A DNA stretch of 64,000 nt from Leptogorgia sarmentosa (taxonomy: Eukaryota). A program made the position numbers and the translations under genes. Positions 11,881 to 25,315 of this stretch are shown piece after piece. The notes under the pieces are model-generated. The model saw only the letters and a list, made by a program, of their open reading frames with translations, ran no database searches and was not told the DNA's origin. Location of the stretch: the NCBI GenBank assembly GCA_964658305.1, contig OZ210885.1, forward strand, positions 15,066,001 through 15,130,000, given 5' to 3'. The stretch's first letter is position 1. Each line of letters starts with the position of its first letter.

Positions 11881-12398
11881 AAGATGCGCAAGATGAGCAA
11901 TATTAGCTCAGGGAAGAAAGATTACTTAGTAAAGCTAGTGAAAGACAGGTTCAACTTCATGTATGGGGATGCACATGGTGTATGTTACCTGTTAGACCCC
12001 CGTTACCTTGGCGATGATATGACACAGATGAGATAGAAGATTTCATCTACAACTTTCCAAAGACTGATGGGACAACAAACAAGGAAAGACAGGAGCAACT
12101 GGCCCAGGAATATACAGCTTTCCGAATCGAGGCGCTGAAATAACGACAGCAAAATGCGTTCCGCTTCAAACTCATTGGCCAATCTAAATCAGTTCTTCAG
12201 TGGTGGAAAGCTGATGGCACAGATTGGCCATTATTGCAAGATTTGGCCACACATGTGTTTTCTATGGCAGCATCAAGTGCTGCAAGTGAACGCAGCTTTT
12301 CCACCTTTGGTTTCATTCATACCAAACTACGTAATCGTTTGGATGCAGAGAAAGTTAAGAAACTAGTGTTCATCAAGACAAACAGTACAGATCAGTAG
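11881..12398 (+). pseudogene. hAT transposase C-terminal fragment (dimerisation domain)
   Basis: YLLDPRY ... VLQWWKADG ... ASSAASERSFSTFGFIHTKLRNRLDAEKVKKLVFIKTN, with stop and frameshift. Confidence 0.85.
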
Positions 12399-12550
12399 TG
12401 TGGACTTACCTGAGTATGACAGTGATTGTTCTGATTGCAGCATTGATTCTATTTCTGTGGATGTTTAATTAATTAGACACTTAAACTTGAGTTATTTTAC
12501 TTATATGGTGACTTTGTGCTTTATTGTCTTTTATTGTCTTTTAATGTCTT

Positions 12551-13581
12551 TTACAGTCCCTTCTGCGCATGTGTCCTGAGTTTGTTATGAGTAGGCTACT
12601 TATGTTACAATCATAACAAGTTCCCAGTCCTAGAGAGTAATAACAACACGCGCGGCCGCCTAAATGTTTTCACTGTCGTGGGCTGCAAGGAGCGATGGCT
12701 GATTCAGGCGCGTCAAGTTCCACAAGAAACGCTTCAAATACTAAGCGTTGTTGCATATCTGACACTAGAAAGGTATATGACAAGAAAAGAGACACATCTT
12801 TCGAGAGGAGGAGAGCGTTCAAACAAGAACGCAGCCTGAAGACTGACCAGAACGCGGCAGATTTTCTGCTTGATCATTTAATACGCACAGAGAAACACGT
12901 TATGGTGAGTGTGTTGATAATATAACTAAACCTTCGACCTTTTATGATGATTTTGCGCTTTTGGCCTTTGTCTTCACAAGAACAATCAACCCCTATTTGT
13001 AATTCATATATTTTGCTAAAAAGCTTTAACGAATATTGAATAAGTTTTGGGGTATTCTTACAAATATAAATTGACATGTAATGACTTGGGGGCGAAACAA
13101 CTTGGGGCGAATCGACTTGGGGGCGAAACGAGTGGATTCCACACCGAATACATATAAAATATGTAAAGGGGGTACATTAAAGCGTAAAATCATCATAAAA
13201 GGTCAAAGGTCTGTAGTTATATTATCAACACACTCACCATAACGTGTTTCTCCATGTGTAATGATCGAGCAGAAAATCTGCCACATTCTGGTCAGTCTTC
13301 AGGTTGCGTTCTTGTTTGAACGCTCTCCACCTCTCGAAAGCATCGAATAAAAATATCTTAGATGCGTCTCTTTTCTTGCGCTTAATATTTGAAGGTTTTT
13401 TTGCGGAACTTGACGCGCCTGAATCAGCCATCGCTCCTTGCAGCCCACGACAGTGAAAACGTTAGGCAGCCGCACGTGTTGTTATTACTCTGTAGGACTG
13501 GGAACTTGTTATGATTGTAACATGAGTAGCCTACTCATAACAAACTCAGCGCACATGCACAGAAGGGACTGTAACCCACCT
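12551..13581. mobile_element. Fold-back non-autonomous DNA transposon (Kolobok-like) with ~400-bp inverted arms, each holding a small exon
   Basis: Arms begin ttacagtcccttctgcgcatg; mirrored ORFs MADSGASSS...FERWRAFKQERNLKTDQNVADFLLDH; TIR shared with 38103-38832. Confidence 0.7.
13082..13140. repeat. Short tandem ggggcgaa(a/t)cgact-type repeats; terminal fragment of another MITE
   Basis: Three copies of acttgggg(g)cgaa ending in gagtggattcc. Confidence 0.5.
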
Positions 13582-14487
13582 TTCATGAATAAAAGAAAAA
13601 AGACAAAAAATTGTCTTTTATCCATCCCTGGCTGCAGGTGTGTATTTGCTGCACCTCATCATTTGCTTTATTTACTGTATGAATATTAAGATAAACAGTG
13701 TATGTGATTGGCTTTTCATTACAGCATTTACACAGCAATCCACCAAGAAGCACGACACACTGCCTTTCATGACATTTGCTTCAACCTAAACAAGCAGAAC
13801 TTGCCAAAATATTTATCTTTGAACACCTGATTTCATCTGAAGAAACTTGGGCCAGAGTGTGGGACCTTATAGTTATAAGGCCATATTATGTGATGACAGA
13901 CAGAAGACCATTTTGGTTCCTTGTCCACTTTTCCTGAATCTGCCATTTCACTATTTACATAATATGAAGTGAGTGGTTCACCCCAATAAAGTTTTTAAAT
14001 TAGTCAATTACATATTATATACTTTTAAGTTAGATTTTTATATACCCAAAGATTTAACATAATTTTTTCCATGATTTACAATGAAATAAATTTAAAATTG
14101 TGAAAATTTAATAAAAACTAAATAACTCATTTATTTACCATAATATTACTGTATTATTCTCAATTTTTTTTGTTCAATTTATCCAATGAAGGATAGACAC
14201 AAAGCTGGCATTATGAGCATTTAGCATTGAGCAGGAGAGTAAAACAAAAGCAATAAAGCAAGGAAAACACTCTTGATTTCAACTTTTACTGCAATAGCTT
14301 GAAACTACTTATTTACCTATGGCTAAAAGAAACCCAAAACATTTCACTGGGCTGAAGGCACTTTAATTAATCTTTAATTCTACTTCATCATTGGTCTCTG
14401 TCGCTAAGGAGTCACGTGAGAGCGCGCGCAAACCACGAGGTTCATAGCGTACTTTCCTTCAAGGTGTGAGGTTCTTCAATTTTATCA

Positions 14488-15503
14488 TGACAGAGAACAG
14501 CGATAACAATCGCGACGGGGAGATTTCTGTTGCGGAGGAACGTGTGTTGTTGGAGGAAGATGTTCCTGGCGAGAATGGCAATGTTGTTGCTGAGGAATCG
14601 CAAGACATAATGACAGGCGGGCTCATGAAAATGATGGTCACAATGAACGAAAATATGGCGGCCATGGCGTCTTCCGTCGCTTCGTTAGGAGGCTCCCTGA
14701 AGAGATTTCATGCGGAATCCAATCCACATCAGCCTAGCAAGAAGCAGAAAACGAACAGTGATGTAGTCCTTGAGGCCGGTCCCCAATCGGGTGATGACAG
14801 CAATGCTTCTTCATACAGTGATTCAGCACAACTTCGAGCAATAATGGCGCCAAAAGCTAACACTACCACATCGATGGCCAGGTCCTCGGATTTGCTTAGC
14901 CAAATTGCGAGTGACTTCAACGACAATGAGAACACCTCAGCTGGTGTCACAGAGAAACTTGCCGAGATTGTTAACAAACGGTTCTGAACGCCTCTAGGCG
15001 AAGAGAAACTCAAGGAAAAGCAGGCACAGTACCTGCGCCCAGACAACTGCGCTAAGCTTGCAGTGCCCAGAGTTAATCCTGAAATATGGATGAAATTAAA
15101 CCGCACAGCCACAAGACAAGATCTTCAAACTGCCAGTATCCAAAGGGCCATTGTAAAGGCTGGCACAGCTCTAACACAGTTAGCTGAACTACTACTGACG
15201 CCTGTCTCCGGTACCGATGGTCCTGATATAGACAAACTGTTAAGTATGAATGCAGATGCTCTGGCCTTGCTTGGACATGCTACCCATCAATTGTCTATGC
15301 ATCGACGGCAAGCTATTAAGCCGTTCTTAAATAAAGAGTATGCAACTCTTTGTTCACCACAGGGACCAGTTACAGAGTTCTTGTTTGGTGATGAGCTTCA
15401 GTCTCAGTTAAATAACATTAAAGCTTCCAACAAGATTGGTAATACCATGGCTTCAGCTGCCCCTAGACAGCCAACAAAAGGGAGAGAACACTGGCACAAT
15501 TAG
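14488..15503 (+). pseudogene. DIRS gag (ORF1), premature stop
   Basis: YLRPDNC...VPRVNPEIW...LFGDEL, paralleling the gag of the 59411 element. Confidence 0.8.
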
Positions 15504-15589
15504 CCCAGGAGTCCTTTTTGGGGGGGACGGGGGGGGGGCAAACAGGACCACCCCCCGTACAAACAGAAGCAGTGGCGCAAGAACTACTT

Positions 15590-17479
15590 TTAAACAAACT
15601 TAACACAATACAGGTACAGGACTATGTTTCCTTTATACCTGATCTTTTACATTATTTTCAATTAAAAGTCTCTCACTTTAGAGCAGGTAGATTGTCATCA
15701 CATTCAGCACAATGGAAATTAATGACAATAACGACTTTGGATTTGGTCAAGGGGGTACATATAGAGCTTCTGTCAGTCCCCATTCAGGCAGTACGTCCAC
15801 AGGAGAAACAGTTCAGTCATATTGAAAGGCACATTATTGACTCTGAAATCAAAAGCCTACTTGCTAAAGGTGTGATTGTGCCCAGTATTACTGAACCTGG
15901 GGAATTTATTTCTCCCATTTTTCTGACCCCTAAAAAAGATGGGTCATATCGTATGATCTTAAACCTTAAACAATTTAATACACATGTGGCATATTACCAT
16001 TTTAAAATGGATACCCTAGCTTCAGCCATTAATTTGATGTAACCGCTTTGCTTTATGGGTTCAGTGGATTTGAAGGATGCATACTACTCAGTACCTGTTT
16101 CAGCATCTGATCAAAAGTACTTGAAATTTGCTTGGAATGGGCAACTCTTCCAATTTGTATGTTTCTCCAATGGGCTTGCATGTTGCCCCTGTTTGTTTAC
16201 TAAACTAGTGAAACCTGTTTATGCCAGCTTAAGGCGACAGGGACATGAGTCATCAGGATATATTGATGATTCCTACCTACAGGGTGATGACTTTGCTGAT
16301 TGTGTGGCAAATGTCAAAGCCACTGTGGGCTTGTTTGACTCATTGGGTTTTATATCCCATCCTGACAAGTCTGTTTTGATCCCAACTCAGCGGTTAACTT
16401 ATCTTGGTTTTGTTCTTGATTCGATAGAGATGAAAATATATTTAACCCCAGAAAAAGCAGATAGGCTGATTAAGATCTGCCTGGAGACTGTTAATAAACC
16501 CAAGCCAACCATTCAAGAAATTGCCTCACTTGTTGGCATGATGACAGCAAGTTTTCCGGTGGTCATGTATGGCCCACTGCATTACTGCAGCATTGACATG
16601 GATAAAAACGAGGCTTTAAAACAGAGTAAAGGCAATTTTAATAGTCGTATGACTTTATCACCTTTGTGTCTATTGAAGATTTACATTGGTGGGTGGTTTC
16701 TACCCCCAGGGCATTTAATGTTGTACGACATAGTGATTATGATCTTGTTTTACATACAGATACCTCAACCACAGGTTGGGGTGGTGTCATGGGTGCCATT
16801 AGCACAGGGGGTCAATGGACCCCTGCTGAGTCACTTCACCATATCAACTATTTAGAGATACTGGCTGTGCTCATGACACTTAAAGCTTTTCGTGAGAGAG
16901 TTAAAGACAAGCAGGTCCATGTGTTCATTGATAATACTACTGCAGTAGCTACAATTAACCACATGGGCACCAGTCACTCTAGGGAGTGCAACTTAGCAGT
17001 GAGATTAGTCTGGACCTGGTGTGTAGACAATGGCATCTGGCTTTCTGCTGCACATACTGTATACCTGGTGTATCCAACACACAGGCTGATAAGGAGTCCA
17101 GAAATGCTGTGGGATCTACTGAATGGGCTCTAGACCCTATTTGTTTGCTAAGGCGGTTAGGAAGGCTCAAGCTGCACCTAATATAGACCTTTTTGCCTCT
17201 AGGCTTAATTACAAGCTGAAGCCATATGTTGCATTCAAACCAGACCCAGAGGCGTGTGCTATCAATGCATTTAGTATATCATGGTCTACATACTCATTTC
17301 ATGCTTTTCCACCATTCAGCATTTTGCCCCAAGTTTTGCAAAAAAAGTGGCCAACTCAAGCATGGTGGCCAAGAGTGATGAGAATGTTAATACAAGAACC
17401 AATCCAATTGCCAATCGGGAGGCACACATTGATTCAACCCAGTCAACCAAGTCTGGTTCACCCACTTTATCCCAAGTTA
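15590..17479 (+). pseudogene. DIRS pol (RT/RNase H/MT-like), stops and frameshifts
   Basis: PKKDGSYRMILNLK, DLKDAYY, YIDDS, HINYLEI, DNTTAV, IDLFASRLN, AFPPF. Confidence 0.92.
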
Positions 17480-19059
17480 CAGGGGGTGGCCAAAAAAAAG
17501 TAGCCATCTGTTAAAATGTGCCATGCTTGAGAAATATGTGTAAAACCATTGATTGTAAGTTACGTTTGATATCGTTCTACAGACATGGGAAAATTGTACC
17601 AGAAGCATCAGACGGTAAATTTCTCTTTAAAAAGTTCAGTGTAGAAGAGCCAAAATTTTGTGGAAGATTCCAAGTAGAGATACTGTTTGTATCAAGATGG
17701 AGATGAAGACAAGAAAGCAAGAAGAAGCAAAAGCAAGGAACAAGGTTGCTCGAAATCATGAAATTCTAGGGATGATGAAAGCAGGAGTAAGTGCCAACCG
17801 AATCGCTAAAGAATTTGGTCTCAGTTAAGCCTCTTTCACACAACCAAATTTTCTTTGACAAATTTTATATGTCAAATGCATTTGCTCAAAACCTAGCCTT
17901 CAAAAAAGCCAGCTTTTTGAATTCATGCATCTGTCAAAATAAATTCAAAATAAATTTGTTAGAAATCGCTAATATACACGGCCAAAGAACATTTGACAGA
18001 TGAGATTTGTCAAAGAAAATTTGATCGTGTAAAAGGACCATTATGCAGGAGCGAAGAAGATTTGTGGCAAGTTGAAATCAAATGGGGATTGTTATCGCAG
18101 TCCTGGCTCGGGTAGAAAGCGTAAAACGAGTGAAAGAAGTGACGTTTCATAGTTCGGCGGTCTAAAATTGGCACCCCTACCAAAAAAGAACTCACTGATG
18201 CACTACAGGCTCAAAATGGGATAAAAGTTTCCACATCAACTAATCAGAGACGTCTTCGTGAAAATGGAATGCACTGGAGAAAGAAGGCCAAGAAGTCCTT
18301 CGTGAGTGAGAAGAATTGGCTAAAGCGTTTAGCATTTGCACGGGAACATGTTGATTGGGACAGTGGAAAAATGTTATTTGGAGTGACAAATCGCCATTCA
18401 TGTTAGAAAACAACTCCTCCCAATTTGTTTGGCAGAATGATCACGAGAGAAATACAACACATACAATGCAAGGGACAGTAAAACACCAAAAATCAATTAA
18501 CGTCTGGGGTTGTTTCTCCTGGAATGGCCTAGGGGATCTTCATCGGTTTAAAGGAATTATGACCGGCCCAGCATACCGTCAGATTTTATGATCCACCACC
18601 TCGTTCCTTCTGCACATAGATTGTGTAGTGGTAATTTTGTATTTTAGCATGACAATGACCCGAAACACACAAGTGGAGTGGTTCGGCGATATCTCGCGAA
18701 TAAAAAAATCAATGTAATGGAATGGCCTGCGCAATCTCCGGACTTGAACCCCATAGAAAATTTATGGGCTGAGCTCAATCGAATAACGGCAGAACATAAG
18801 CCAAAGAATGAAGATGAACTGTTTAAAGATCTCAAACGTGGATGGGAGTCACTGTCCTTAAAATACTTGCATAGTCTTATTGAAAGTATGCCAAGACGAT
18901 GCAAGGCTGTCCTCAAAGTGAAGGGGATGCCAACAAAGTATTAAATAAGAACATTTACACTTTTGATAGGAATATGATTGCTGTTGGATGAAAAAATAGA
19001 ATAAAAATGAACTATGTCTGTATTTTGACACATGGCTACTTTTTTTTGGGCACCCCCTG
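17480..19059 (+). mobile_element. Tc1-type (DD34E) transposon, decayed
   Basis: TIR cagggggtggccaaaaaaaagtagccat with inverted copy at the right end; TA TSD; WSD, HDNDPKHT, WPAQSPDLNPIENLW, G.PTKY. Removing it restores PKLALL in the DIRS. Confidence 0.95.
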
Positions 19060-19061
19060 TA

Positions 19062-20047
19062 GCCCTCCTACTATGCCAGGTATCGGGGGAATTTCTTAAA
19101 GAGCGTGGACTTTCACAGCAAGCTGCCGAACTGGTCCTCCAGTCGTGGAGGGAAGGTACTTGCAAGCAATACAACCCGTACATTAAACAATGACAGTTAT
19201 ACTGTAGTGAAAGACAAATTGATTAAATTTCAGCACCTATAGAAGCTGGCGTGAATTCTTTGGCAGATTTGTACAACAGTGGCGTTGGTTACAGTGCTGT
19301 TAACACGGCATGCAGTGCCCTGTCTTCTTATCTTGTTCTTCCTGAGTGTGGCCAATTTGGAACCCATCCGTTGGTCCGTAGGGTTTTGAAAGGTGTCTTT
19401 GAAGCCCGACCTTCCCTCCCACGTTATAGTGCGACTTGGGATGTTGCTGTTGTTCTTAAGTATCTCACAAAGATGCATCCCGCTAAAGAATTGAGTTTAA
19501 AAGACTTAACATTGAAGGTTGTTACTTTATTAGCTTTGTTATTATTAACACTGCGTGTGTTAAAAATCAGCTGTATGGTGTTGACTCCAGATACTTGTGT
19601 TTTTGTATTAGATAAATTGTTAAAGACCTCCAAACCTGGGAGGCATTTAAGTCATCTTGAATTTGTGGCTTATACTCCAGACCCTAGTTTGTGTATTGTA
19701 AAATATTTAACGGAGTACATCAAACGAACACAGCCCTTGAGGCAGGGCGAGGAACAGCTGCTAGTGAGCCATCAAAAACCATACGGTCCAGTTCATGTGG
19801 ATACCGATAGTTGTTGGATTAAGACTACACTGACCAATGCAGGTGTGCAGGTGTTAATACAGAAATGTTTGCAGCCCACAGCACCAGATCTGCATCTATG
19901 TCTGCCGCTTCTATAAGGCAGGTTCCCCTGGAGACAATCATGAGGAGTGCTGGTTGGCATTCAGATAGAACGTTTCAAAAATTTTATAATTTGCCAGTTG
20001 AGAATACTTTAAATTATGGCAAAGAATTGTTGGACTCGGTTAGCTAG
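19062..20047 (+). pseudogene. DIRS tyrosine recombinase
   Basis: RPSLPRYSATWDV, LKTSKPG, AHSTRSAS, AGW, TFQKFY. Confidence 0.9.
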
Positions 20048-21327
20048 TGCTTTGATGTAACGATTACGTTTTCATTATATGTGTTGTGTTATTTGATTCG
20101 TGATCATACTGCTTTGAAGTCTCACGTGACTCCTTAGCGACAGAGACCAATGACTTCGTAGAATCACAATCAAACTTCGCTTACAGGTAAGACTCGTTTA
20201 ATCTTAAATTTCTCCAAAACACTTGCCTATTTTACGAAGGACAAAGCACCAGGCAATTGAGCTCGAATTCAAGTGTCGCTCGGGCAAACATAATTCCATC
20301 ATAGTTAAGTTGATAGAATATTAACTTTATTAGACAATATAACATCAATAATACGATGAAAGTCATTATCCTCTAAAACATCCCATATATATGAAGTATT
20401 CCAATTCCAAAGCACAAGTATTCCAGAACGAAAAAATGTATTACATAACAAAAGAGGTATAATATGACACGTCGAAATGCCATTTCCGACTATCCAGAGA
20501 CCCGAAATTTTGCTCCTCCATTTTCACCCCCATTGAAATGAGTCACGTTTCTGAAAAAACAACCAAAGTTAGGACACTTTTAGGATACTTATAAACAAAA
20601 GAGATAAATTTTACAAAAATTCATGCCCAACAACATTTTGTCTGTTTGATATTTCAGTGGAACAAAATCTTGAGCAAACAGCAGTTTAACATTTTTTCAA
20701 ATCATAAATTATGACTAATTTCAATACCTCAAAATAATGTTACGCTCCATTGAATTCCGGGTAAGTGGGATCATATAAACAGGCCCTAAGACAAGCGAGG
20801 GGTTGCTGCATGTATGTATTTCTAGTATATTTTACATACCAACTTCACATTCAGCAGTTCTTCTTTGGTACTGCAATCCTTTTGCTTCAGCAAGGTTTTC
20901 TTCCCCACACTTTTTTTTGCCAGGAGCAAGCTGTTGCACAATCGATGAAACCTTTCTTTTCACATTTATCCCAGAGCTAGGTGTTTGATGGCCTTGTTGC
21001 ATTTCTTGGCCCATTGCTGCTCATCTCCTGGTGAAATAATCTCCCGAAAGAGTCCAGTGCTTCCTGACCAGTCATACTTGCTCATTTGGAAGAAACATTG
21101 GTCTTATTGACCATCTGCTCCAGTGTTGAAAATCAGCTAGTATATAAAGTGAAGAGTTCTTTACATCAGACAAGACAATGAAGACAATTCCTTTGTATGG
21201 AATTATAAAAATAATCAGAGAATGGGTATGACTAATTAGCGGAACTGCAGACTGGGAAACTTGCAGAACTCCTTAATTTCACTTTTTTTATAGTATTTAG
21301 AGTATTCCTTGTGTACCACTAATAATT

Positions 21328-21613
21328 AAGGTTTAACAATTCAGCCTCGCTTTCGAATTTACTAACATAAGCTTTCCGAAGGGTGTATCAGCAAAACTTG
21401 CCTCTTTGTCGATATAGGAGCAACCGAAATAGGTCAGGGTCAAGGTTATTTTACCAAACTATAAATAGAGTGAATAACCTTGACCCAAACTACTAATCTG
21501 ACCCTGACCTATTTCCGTTGCTCATATATCGAGAAAGGGCCAAGTTTTGCTAACACACCCTTCGGAAAGCTTAGGTTAGTAAATTTGAAAGCGAGGCTGA
21601 ATTGTTAAACCTT
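21328..21613. mobile_element. Palindromic MITE (~120-bp inverted arms)
   Basis: aaggtttaacaattcagcctcgctttc ... gaaagcgaggctgaattgttaaacctt. Confidence 0.75.
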
Positions 21614-21643
21614 CGTGGTACAGAAAGAGATACTATAAATACT

Positions 21644-23638
21644 AATAATGAATTTTAATTCCATCCATCTATAAATATTTACAATAAATTTACAAAAATA
21701 ATGCTAATTTCGATAAAGGTTGACTAAAAAATTAATTTCTTTTTACATTCTATATATAAATTTTATAAATACCTATAATTGTAAATAAATTTATAATAAA
21801 ACGCTTGACGAAATGCGAATAATAAAAATCTAAAAATGCTAATAATATAAACGACAGTCAATGAAACTAAATGCGGGCTATGGCGTTTTGCTCTGAGAAG
21901 TCCACGTTGTTAGCGTCTACTGATCTTCTAATAGAACGAGAACCTCTGAGGCATAAGAGAGCTGAACGTATGAGGGCGAACGATACTTTGGCTCTAACCC
22001 ATTGCATGGTACTGGCGTAGCTCTCACCCTTCTTTATCGATAACAACTCAACTAAACGTTTATGGTATATCTTGCATTCAGTCCCCATTCTGCCTGTGGT
22101 GCTAAAAACTAGAGGAGTGAATGTTCCTTGCTCGATCTCCATCACCCGGCTACCGTACTGGCGTTTCTTTTCGTTCTCGTGCTGTTTGTAAACTTGTTCG
22201 GGATTTTGCTGGCGATAAGAGTCTGCATTTGGGTGGCATACCCGGACATCGAAGAATGCAGATCTCTGTTTCTCCCAGAACCCACGAGCGTGTACATCCA
22301 ATCGGGTATCGGGGGCTTGGTTTGCACCCCTGTTCAGTGTCTCTCCGGTTATTGGTTGGAGGACTGGCTCTACCTCGACATCCTTACACACAGTACTGAG
22401 CAGGTCGGCTTCTAGATCACGAAGCTCGTTGTGTCGTTGTATCACAAAACCACCCCTTTTGCATATCATCGCATGGTCCATATCAAATATATCGCCACAC
22501 ACGCACGTCTTCGGTAGGTCGGTGATCTCCCAATTATATCTCACCTTGATGGCGTCTCTAAACTCACGCTTGTTGAGATCATAACCCAGTTCTTTAATTG
22601 GTATGACCGTTAGCCAGCTCGAAGCCCCCTTTTCAGATGCCAGCTCTACCGCCCTTAGAGATCTTGATGATAGACTGTTCTTGACTGTCTCTTCCGTCTC
22701 CTTGAGAACTTCATTTTTCTTAGCTCCTGCTTGAGCTTTTGCGGAGCGCATATCTGCCGCATCTGGAGGTTGGTGATCTTGAGCGACAATTCGCTGTACC
22801 AGGGGCTCCGTGACAGTAAGCGATGCCTCGTATTCCAGTGGTGACGTTTCCGAGGGATTCGCGAGGTCCAGCCCCCCTATGCGTACTGGAAGCGCAAGTA
22901 GACTGCGTTCCTCTGTAGAGACTTGGTGATCTGTGATGGCGGGAATTAGAACGTTAGTTATCACACGCTCGAGTGGCGCCAGTAGGTCAGTAATATCGGG
23001 GAGTGTCCTAAAAAAATACGTCCAACGGTGACGCAGACCAATTGTAAACGCGGCGTAGCTTGCCTGAGGTTGAGATATGGCGAACTCTGCGAGCTTTCTT
23101 ACTTGGTGAACCCAGTCTTCGACTTTCTCTCCGACATACTCCTCTAGGAACGACCTGGATCCAAGAACCGCACCAAGATGCTTGTAACCTTCAGATGTAA
23201 TGTTAATCGCAGTGTTAGCAAATACCTCCCTTGCAGCATCTTCTTTCTCTGGCTTGGTAATTAACCAACACTTCCTCGCATTCGGAAAGTATCCAAGTGC
23301 TGGTCCACTTTCGGAGAGATCATCCCACCATTTTCTGACGTCATGCAGCGAGCCACTTCCGGTTGCGTCGTCGGCAAACCAACACTGTTCGGTTGCGCTT
23401 GATAGTTGTAATCGGGAAATGAGCGGCTTTAGACTAATGGCGTACATGCTCATAGCAAGGGGATCACCCTGTGTGGTGCCTTCTGCAGACCTCAACTCTT
23501 GCCCACCGAGAGGAAAGAGTCGCGCGGGTTGTCTGTAAGTATTGATCGCGTATGTTGCTACTGTTGGACACAGCACCCTGATATTGTGCAGTGCTGCTGA
23601 TCTGTTCAACGCATTAAAGGCATTAGAGGCGTCAATCA
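21644..23638 (-). mobile_element. 5'-truncated CRE-like non-LTR retrotransposon
   Basis: TSD ATAAATACT (21635-21643 and 23639-23647); AT-rich 3' UTR. Confidence 0.8.
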
Positions 23639-23639
23639 A
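21867..23639 (-). CDS. RT plus restriction-like endonuclease (open but N-truncated)
   Basis: [23 protein letters not shown]...HAMIC, RHNELRD, RLDV...FDVRV, KKRQY. Confidence 0.9.
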   Translation of the reverse strand: MIDASNAFNALNRSAALHNIRVLCPTVATYAINTYRQPARLFPLGGQELRSAEGTTQGDPLAMSMYAISLKPLISRLQLSSATEQCWFADDATGSGSLHDVRKWWDDLSESGPALGYFPNARKCWLITKPEKEDAAREVFANTAINITSEGYKHLGAVLGSRSFLEEYVGEKVEDWVHQVRKLAEFAISQPQASYAAFTIGLRHRWTYFFRTLPDITDLLAPLERVITNVLIPAITDHQVSTEERSLLALPVRIGGLDLANPSETSPLEYEASLTVTEPLVQRIVAQDHQPPDAADMRSAKAQAGAKKNEVLKETEETVKNSLSSRSLRAVELASEKGASSWLTVIPIKELGYDLNKREFRDAIKVRYNWEITDLPKTCVCGDIFDMDHAMICKRGGFVIQRHNELRDLEADLLSTVCKDVEVEPVLQPITGETLNRGANQAPDTRLDVHARGFWEKQRSAFFDVRVCHPNADSYRQQNPEQVYKQHENEKKRQYGSRVMEIEQGTFTPLVFSTTGRMGTECKIYHKRLVELLSIKKGESYASTMQWVRAKVSFALIRSALLCLRGSRSIRRSVDANNVDFSEQNAIARI

Positions 23640-25019
23640 TAAATACTCACTTTTTAATAAAAAGTGAAATGAATGAGTTCCGCAAGTTCCGCGGTCTACA
23701 GTTCCGCTAATTAGTCATACCCTCAGACAATAACGTACGCAACATGCCTGCATTTTCAAGGAACACATTTCGGTCATAGACAGCCCAAATACTATTCTAT
23801 ATGATTTACAATCACTGAACTACAATATTTTAGTATATAATTTCATTAGTAAGAATTTCATTTCATTATTTTTACTTTCTTTCTCACCAGTGCAATCATA
23901 TTAAAACAATTAGTTACATCAGTCTTGGTGGTTATCTCAATATTACTTTGCACATGCGTTGTCGATGACTCGATGGCTTTTGTGATCATTTATGATATTC
24001 ATAGTTCAGTGATTGTAAATGATCTGAAATAGCATTTGGGCTGTCTATGAGTTACATAACCTGGGGCCGGTTTAAAATTTTGCACACCTTTGATAAAACC
24101 GGCCCTAGACCCAGGGAGCACAGTTCATTTGGGCAGTCTGACTATAGCTTAATAAGGGAGTTACATAACCAGACCCAGGGAGCACAGTTGAAGACTATTT
24201 TTGTAGTTGAAATATGAATAATTATAGTCAATAGACTAGTCCTGTACATATGAATAAAACGCGCCTAAAATTCAATCAGCTGTACGACCCAGAAAAAAAT
24301 CCAACGGTATTCTGTAAGTTGCTATCGTTATCGCAGGAATGTCAAAAGTAAGGTACCAAGAATCTAATATATAACAAAATCTATTACTAAGTATGCTAGC
24401 ACATTTTAATGAGAACAACAATGTAAAACAGTTTGCCTCGATCGTACCTTTATAGCCGCACGATTCTTAAATTCTCCTTTCTCCGCACGCAGAACATTCA
24501 AATAGTCTTTACCACTCCTGGTGTGGTGAATGTCGTTGACAAACACGTACGCTTTGTCCTCACTTACTTTAATCGACCACATATGGGAAGGCATATTTCA
24601 AATAAAAGCAATCAAGCCCTCTGATTAATACTGGTCTAACTGCATACAGCGTGCCTGTCTGTATTTGTGATCCTGGCCAGGTGACAGCGTCATATATACC
24701 AGGTGATATTGCCATACAAAATGATAGTGTCATACAAGGTGATAGTGTTCCTGCAACTCGACCAATCAGCGTTTGAGAAAATAACACTGTGGATAAAGCC
24801 TGTTTTCCATTGGCAATTTGTTTCCGTTGTCGGTATCACCTATCACTCAACAAACCGATGCTGAATGCCTTGCCGCATGCTAAACTTGCCTGACAGCATG
24901 GTTTAGCTGAATTAGGTTTGTTCCAGAAAGGCTAAATCTAACCATGTGCTCAACTTTTGGTATCGGGTTTTCACCCTCGCCAGATCAGACTCATCATGAG
25001 GCAGAAACAGAAGTTAGTT

Positions 25020-25315
25020 CGCCTATTGGTTGCGGTTTTAGCAGTGACAATGAGAACACAATGAGTCCACAAAGTTGTATTATATGATATTCCTACATAT
25101 TTTATATTGACATGTTGACATTATATTGTATATAGTATGGAACTATCTTTTAAAAAACACAATTTTTTATTAAGTGGCAAGCTTTCCTCGCTTTTGTGCG
25201 ACTCCTGTCCACTCAATGCGCTCAAAGTCCCAGCCAGCAATTCATCAACACGCATCGCCTATTGGTTGTGGATTTAGCAGTGACAATGAAAACACAATCA
25301 GTCCACAAAGTGGTA
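25020..25315 (+). repeat. Two ~60-bp direct repeats about 236 bp apart
   Basis: cgcctattggttg.gg.tttagcagtgacaatga.aacacaat.agtccacaaagt.gtat occurs twice. Confidence 0.7.

Larger units (their letters stand above)
14376..20210 (+). mobile_element. DIRS1-like retrotransposon with ITRs, interrupted by a Tc1 element
   Basis: ITR cattggtctctgtcgctaaggagtcacgtgaga at the left end, exact inverted copy at 20120-20152; both ends carry AATT. Confidence 0.92.
21224..23722. mobile_element. MULE-type MITE hosting two nested insertions
   Basis: TIR gggtatgactaattagcggaact at both ends; 9-bp TSD tcagagaat / tcagacaat. Confidence 0.8.

Noticed and set aside
20820..21130. Possible minus-strand coding exon
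   Set aside because: Broken by stops and no recognisable motif.
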